Positions 58,701 through 64,000 of a stretch of 64,000 nucleotides of DNA are shown one piece after another (within the stretch, counting starts at the first letter, position 1; every line of letters begins with the position of its first letter). The notes under the pieces were generated by a model. It was not told the origin of the DNA. It saw only the letters and a program-made list of their open reading frames with translations, and did not search any database. The translations under genes were made by a program, and so were the position numbers. The DNA is from Neoechinorhynchus agilis. Its lineage: Eukaryota; Animalia; Acanthocephala. The DNA lies in NCBI GenBank assembly GCA_051530055.1, contig CM121341.1, forward strand, positions 16,036,784 through 16,100,783, in the 5' to 3' direction.

Positions 58701-59363
58701 ACGGAAAGCGCGATGAATCAACGTCGATTTGACGAAAAACGGATGAATTTAACAACGAAGTTTTTAACCTTTGATCACTCAAATCGGTGGATATAGCGGC
58801 TTCTAGATTTCTTAGTCATCATTACTCAATATAAACAAGCTAAAATTCCATTCTTTTAAAACGGATTCAAAAATAAAGGAGAGGAAACCAAGCTCAGATG
58901 AAATAGTGTCCTTTGATTGACCAAGAAGCTTTGATAAAATATCCGTACACGTATCCCATGTTTCATCGTCGTCCTTTCCAGAAAGAGCGTACATCCGTCG
59001 ATAGCAATTCATAATTCCTACTTTAATGCGATTGCCGGTTGAAATCGGTTCCAGACTAACAAGAAGATTTGCGAGTTTTTCGGTGAGATGAAATGAGGCT
59101 GAGCTGGGCCCTGATACGCATTCACATGTAGCATAAATCACTTTCTCGATCAATACTGAGTTATGATCGTCGAGATTAAGAGTCAAAGGCGATTTAAGTG
59201 ATTGATTTAAAACCCGTTGAGCATGGTCATGAACACTTTGTTCGTACGCTCCCGTAAGATTCGAGGATCGAGATGCCGAATTTAGTATTTCGAGGGAGTC
59301 ATAAAGGCAACGAAGAGCATGACCAACATTCACACTCGAAGAACTTCGCTCTTTCTTTATCAT
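55789..59363 (-). CDS. Large helical (ARM-like) plus C-terminal coiled-coil protein, CIP2A-like
   Basis: Four colinear long frames (59363-~58845, ~58496-57890, ~57367-56283, ~56014-55789). The C-terminal heptads end in KLDQYSNLLNTIQGLT. The family assignment rests on architecture only. Confidence 0.6.
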
Positions 59364-59499
59364 TTGCTCAATCGAAAGTTCAATTTGACCAACGGTCAGG
59401 ATATAGTCGTATTTCTTTCGTCTTTTTAATATTTAATCGTTTTAATGTATATGAGTCCCATTTTGAACACATTTTTCACCTTCGGGATGGTAAATATTT

Positions 59500-59669
59500 A
59501 ATGGTGGTGAACATAATCCCGGTTATAGATTCCTTTAATATTATGAAATATTACACGAACTCACATATTTAAAAACTTTCAAGCAATGAATGATGAGGCG
59601 AGGTTTCCTATTTCGAAATATTTCATAATAATAAAGGAATCTTTAACCGGGATTATGTTCACCACCATT
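59500..59669. mobile_element. MITE with ~53-bp terminal inverted repeats
   Basis: aatggtggtgaacataatcccggtta.agattccttta.tattatgaaatatt at 59500-59552 and its reverse complement at 59617-59669 (2 mismatches). Confidence 0.85.
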
Positions 59670-59747
59670 CTACATTTTTCAACGAGAGTTTAACACACAC
59701 ACCGTTAGTATCCTATTTCAATAATGTTCCCTTTTTCCAATTTTATC

Positions 59748-60001
59748 TCATAAACTGATATGTTTATTGATAATTACAACCTTATTAACCTCCCCGATGA
59801 CTGATTTATTTGTACGAATTTTGGTCTGTATGCAGACCTCTTCAGGTATTGTAAATTGTTTCGAGATAGAAGTGAAAGTTAGAAAGCTGTTTTTCGAATA
59901 GGTCTGCTCAGTCATCGGGGAGGTTAATAAGGTTGTAACTATCAATAAACATATTAGTTTATGACATCGGGGAGGTTAATAAGGTTGTAACTATCAATAA
60001 A
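59748..60001. mobile_element. MITE with ~57-bp inverted repeats and a tandemly duplicated right arm
   Basis: Arms at 59748-59804 and 59908-59964. catcggggaggttaataaggttgtaactatcaataaa is repeated again at 59965-60001. Confidence 0.85.
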
Positions 60002-60659
60002 TTGGAATTCCCCCGATTGAAATCAAAGACGCAAACTAATATGTACAAACAAAATCTTTAATCGAATGGTCACAAAAAGTATTTTAAAATTCCGTGTTCA
60101 TTCTAAACAGATTCCTTCAAAATCCACATAATGCAATCACAGGTAGAAGCTTCTTAACACACGAGCCTACTTCAGCCACCAGGATTTCATCTTAATTGTA
60201 TTCGCGTTAAAAAATCAAATCTACCGACTACCAATGATGCACCGATTTCCATTTTTAAGTGTATATCCTGATGGAAATCGATGCAACACACTCTTTGTAT
60301 TTTTGTCCAGAATTTTTTATAATCAATCCAACAAAATATAATCATGCTGGAATTTGATGGCAGGCTCTCGCTTTTATGTTACTTTATCGTCAATCCCCGC
60401 GGGCACACTTATATTCATCAATTTAATCGTGAAATAAGTTTCCTCAAGAGTACCAGCCCTCAATTTCGATGTCTTCTTGAACTAATCCTCTACTGGATTA
60501 AGACGACCATTAATATCATTCCTATAGCCTTGTCCTTTATCTTAAGTTCATTTAAAAAAGTCCATTATAACGGATCCCAAAACTGCACTCGTAACAAAGT
60601 TGCGCTAAGTTCATTGGAATAGACAAGCCCAGGCAGGCCAAAGCAGTCGATTTAATTCT

Positions 60660-61480
60660 TCTTTTAGCATGCTGCTAACGAAACGAAGTTCTCTATCAAA
60701 ATCCAATCCCCGCGGACACACTTATATTTATCGACTTAATCGTGAAATAAGTTCGTTCGAGAATACCAGCTCTCAATTGTGATGTCCTACGCATGTCTTT
60801 GATGAACTTCGATACCTTGCTAAATATCCTCCTCACTAACAGCTTTCTAGCGTGTACAAGCAGGTAATTCGGACCCTGCACAATTACCAGCAAAATCTTA
60901 AAGATCTTTTCGCCGTTCACTGTTACACCTTTGCTCGCGCTCGTTCATTGTTTGATGGCTATTAGCCTGAATCTGGTGCTATTCTTACGCTTCCTTAGTT
61001 ATAATGAATATGCACAAAGATAAAGCGGAATATCAAAAGATTTATCCTTCAAATTTCGCTTCCCAATGATACGACACCGAATTTTTTTATTGCTCAACCA
61101 CATTCAAACATGCTCTGAAATGAAATCGGTTCAATAGAATTCTCAAATTTGTAACATGGAAGCACTGTCATCCTCCATTGCCTCGAGGATGTATCCACCA
61201 TTCCCTTTCTGAATTGCTCAGCTGATTTAGTTGGCTGCACATCCTGCGGTGTTTGTTCCAACGGCACTAATTGTCTCAATGGCGAGAGATTGAAAAATGT
61301 AGAGCGACGGATCGAGGCATTTGCATTTCTCCCTTTTTCGGTCTTCCGCCCTTTACGCAACTTCATCGGCGGTATAATTTCTTTTGACAATACCAATTAT
61401 ATGACGATGAACGTCATCGGTTCTCATAATTTTCCATCTCTAAGTTCCTAATTTCCCCAATTCGACCATATCCACGAGAT
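60660..61480 (-). repeat. Third member of the small-TM dispersed family (partial fourth at 60380-60480)
   Basis: ORF 60696-60920 contains ILLVIVQGPNYLLV. Segment 60660-60785 is ~96% identical to 5820-5945. Confidence 0.6.
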
Positions 61481-62169
61481 CATCTCTATCACCTCTTTTC
61501 TTCTACTAAAATCAATGTTGACTACGTTTTTGAAGTTTGCTGTCTATTCTGGGAAGTTTCAAACCAATACGTTTAAAAATACGAGGTTTTACGCAACCTG
61601 CCGATGATGGCCAGTATTTCTGTAAATTTTAAATGGTAATGTCTCTTGATGATACCATAACTTGTTTAAACTTTTAATGTTTCGACGAATCTCTACAAGA
61701 CTTAATTCATTTTACAGTGATACTTACCCGTATATTCTTGAAGTTTTAACCTTGATAAAAATTCCTTTTGTTCTAAACACATCAATTTATGATCATATAT
61801 AGGCAAAATGGTTAATGGCTTATCTTGAAATTCGTTGGGAAGAGATTTTTTATCTTATTTTCAATTTTAATTCCTACCATCGTATTATCTTGTTTAATTA
61901 TCTGCTAGAAGAGCGCCTTAAAAAGATGTTTTTCTAACACAAACGAAAGAAGAACCCACAGATAATTATTACAACTCGTTTGAGCAAGTAGAAATTGTTG
62001 TCTATAGTTGCAAATCGCTTTCGTAACTAGTAATAGACAATCGTTTTGATCCTTAGATCTTCCTCTGCGAATCTTGGGGATAATCACATCTCGATGGATA
62101 GGCACAAAATTTCAGTATTTTCACTCGGAAATTTCACTTCTTAATTCCATATTCAACACCAAATTTTAG

Positions 62170-64000
62170 ATGGCAACTCAAAAAGAAAACGAGGAATCGT
62201 TTAAGCTTACAGTCGAGGATTTCGTGCAAAAGGTTGAAGTATGTTTAAAGGAATCACTTCGCCAAATCTCCAATCAGTCACTCAGTGGTCTTTACAGTGA
62301 CTATATGAGAAGCCATAAACCTCGCAATACCATTGCTCCTTTTTACTTAGCACCGCACGTTGGGCCCAACCAGCCTTATGTCATTATGATGACCAATGCA
62401 GCCACTGATTCCAACAATTATAGAGTTCCGATGTACGTTTTACCTCCAGCGGAACCGATCCCTCAATTCGACACGTACACAGAAATAGAGCAGAACGTTG
62501 AAATCGATTTGAGTGATATAAAAGAACATTCTACGGGCATAAATGACGATTCTGACAACAGCAGAACTGTAGCTTTTGGTGGCGACCCTCATAACTTTGT
62601 TTTAAAGATGCCTGGGGTCTATCGTGGACTGAGATAGATCTCTAGCTATGGACGACGCCGTCTTTCAACTATATATGCTTCTACTCGGTCATATGGGTTC
62701 GTTTTCATTTGGTGATTGGGTGCCTTACTTCGTTCATATTTCGCAGTCCAAATCGTCAGTTCTAAAACGGATAACTAAGCACCTTTTAGAGGAGCATCCT
62801 TTAAGTACAGTGCAGTTGAATCGGTACTCAAATAATAACGAGTCTCATGAAGAAGCCGCTGACACGTTCAAAACTTTGTTATGTATTCGCTGTTTTCAGT
62901 ACGATTGTGTCCATCACTTGGAAAAGTCTATAAGGAGACGTTTAAAGCCTTCTTCTGATGTTAGCGATGAGACACCAACAAGTGATTGCGACGAGCTCGA
63001 TTTTTTGCAGCAAATCATGGAAGGAGTAGCCGACGAAAAATTAGATGTTGCTGACAGATTAGGTGTTGAATGTCGACTTAATAGCACCTTAACTTTAAAA
63101 ACAACAATTCATACTTTTAATGTTTATCAACTCTCATACTTTTTCACGAAGAATTAAGAGTTACTAATGCCAATAAAAAAGACTAGAGGTTAAAATTTAT
63201 TGCATAAACGCATTTCCTTTGCTTGTCCTAAATTTCAATATTCAAGCAAATCACGAATCTGCTTTACTTCACAAAATCGAAGTAGTCTAACAAATACTTT
63301 TATCGGGCAAGCTCTTTTTTATGTTAAATTTATCTTTGTTAGAAAACGAATTAGAAAGTCTTTATAAATACGCTGAGAGACAACCAACACATGCAATCTA
63401 TTTCGTCCGCAAATTTTAAGAATTTTCTTCAAACGAGACGATCAAGACAACTTATGGTTGCGAACAATGAATCACATGATGATGCACCGCCATATCCTAA
63501 TGAATTGAGCAAGGAATTGATCAAAGTACTGTCGACTCAGAAATACCCGGGAAAACCTAAAGACGGCCAAATGTTTTAAATAGGAAGATCGTGTTGGAGA
63601 TTTTTCTAGAACGATAAACACGATTTTCGATCGAGATATGTTCCTTGCCACCACGACGGTCCATGCACTTCGATCAACTATGCTTGCCGCTGTGTGATTC
63701 AACAATCAGCATGTGGAAAATTCTGCATTTGTTTTAAAGAAGGTTGTGAACGGCAATTTCGAGGTTGTAGTTGTTGCCGTTCATCCGGTCCATGTCGCCA
63801 GTCTTGTAACTGCTATTCGTTCCTCCGAGAGTGCGACTATGATCTGTGCAGAAAAACTTCCGGCTCACCTTGCTCCAATAGATCCATTCAATTAGGTAAT
63901 AGATTACAACTTAAAATTGGTTTATCCGAGGTCGCTGGTCTGGGAGTCTTTCTTCAAGAACCAGCTAATAAAGATCAGTTCGTCTATGAGTACTGTGGGG
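62170..64000 (+). CDS. EZH2: Enhancer of zeste (PRC2 catalytic subunit), 3' end outside the window
   Basis: VPMYVLPPAEPIP, DDAVF, LLCIRCFQYDC, CXC domain (VPCHHDGPC...CGKFCIC...FRGCSC...RECDYDLC) and the SET start (SEVAGLGVF...FVYEYCG). Junctions near 62640 and 63060-63420 are unresolved. Confidence 0.9.

Noticed and set aside
58350-58820. 13/15 direct repeat atgac(t/a)aaga(a/t)atct near both ends of a gap in the CIP2A-like gene, as a TSD
   Set aside because: Removal between the repeats is out of frame, and the coding frame extends well upstream of the right copy.
63360-63420. Second 4-bp duplication (CAAC CAAC) as a frameshift in E(z)
   Set aside because: A canonical intron (63065-63354) can reach the same frame, and such a repeat is likely by chance in this window.
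1-64000. rRNA, tRNA and CRISPR features
   Set aside because: None recognised by eye; a tRNAscan or Infernal run would be needed to exclude small RNAs.

Overview
This is AT-rich animal genomic DNA from a compact genome. Ordinary introns are about 45-50 nt and GT-AG. An estrogen-receptor-like nuclear receptor and a protocadherin suggest, by inference, a spiralian-type invertebrate. Recognisable genes are TMEM164, an ER-like nuclear receptor, a protocadherin, ATG12, NPRL3, a secreted LRR protein, CDK10, an ARM/coiled-coil (CIP2A-like) gene, E(z)/EZH2 (running off the window end), two stand-alone cathepsin-propeptide (I29) inhibitor genes and an orphan 225-aa ORF. Between them lie many transposon remnants: three subfamilies of CRE-clade RLE retrotransposons (one young, with an intact 2-kb frame and an 8-bp TSD), LINE, Penelope, DIRS and gypsy fragments, and several MITEs. 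There is also an inverted, internally deleted duplicate of the NPRL3 locus and a 364-bp tandem array. Main finding: CDK10, NPRL3 and the CIP2A-like gene are interrupted by 50-520 bp sequences bounded by inverted repeats and, in most cases, short direct repeats. These have no in-frame canonical GT/GC-AG ends that preserve the expected protein (CDK10, NPRL3 486 bp, CIP2A-like 522 bp) or only weak ones (the others), yet exact removal restores the frame and, for CDK10 and NPRL3, the conserved protein. They could be transposon-derived non-canonical introns, precisely excised DNA, or null alleles. All alignments were done by eye and homologies are from memory; no searches were run.
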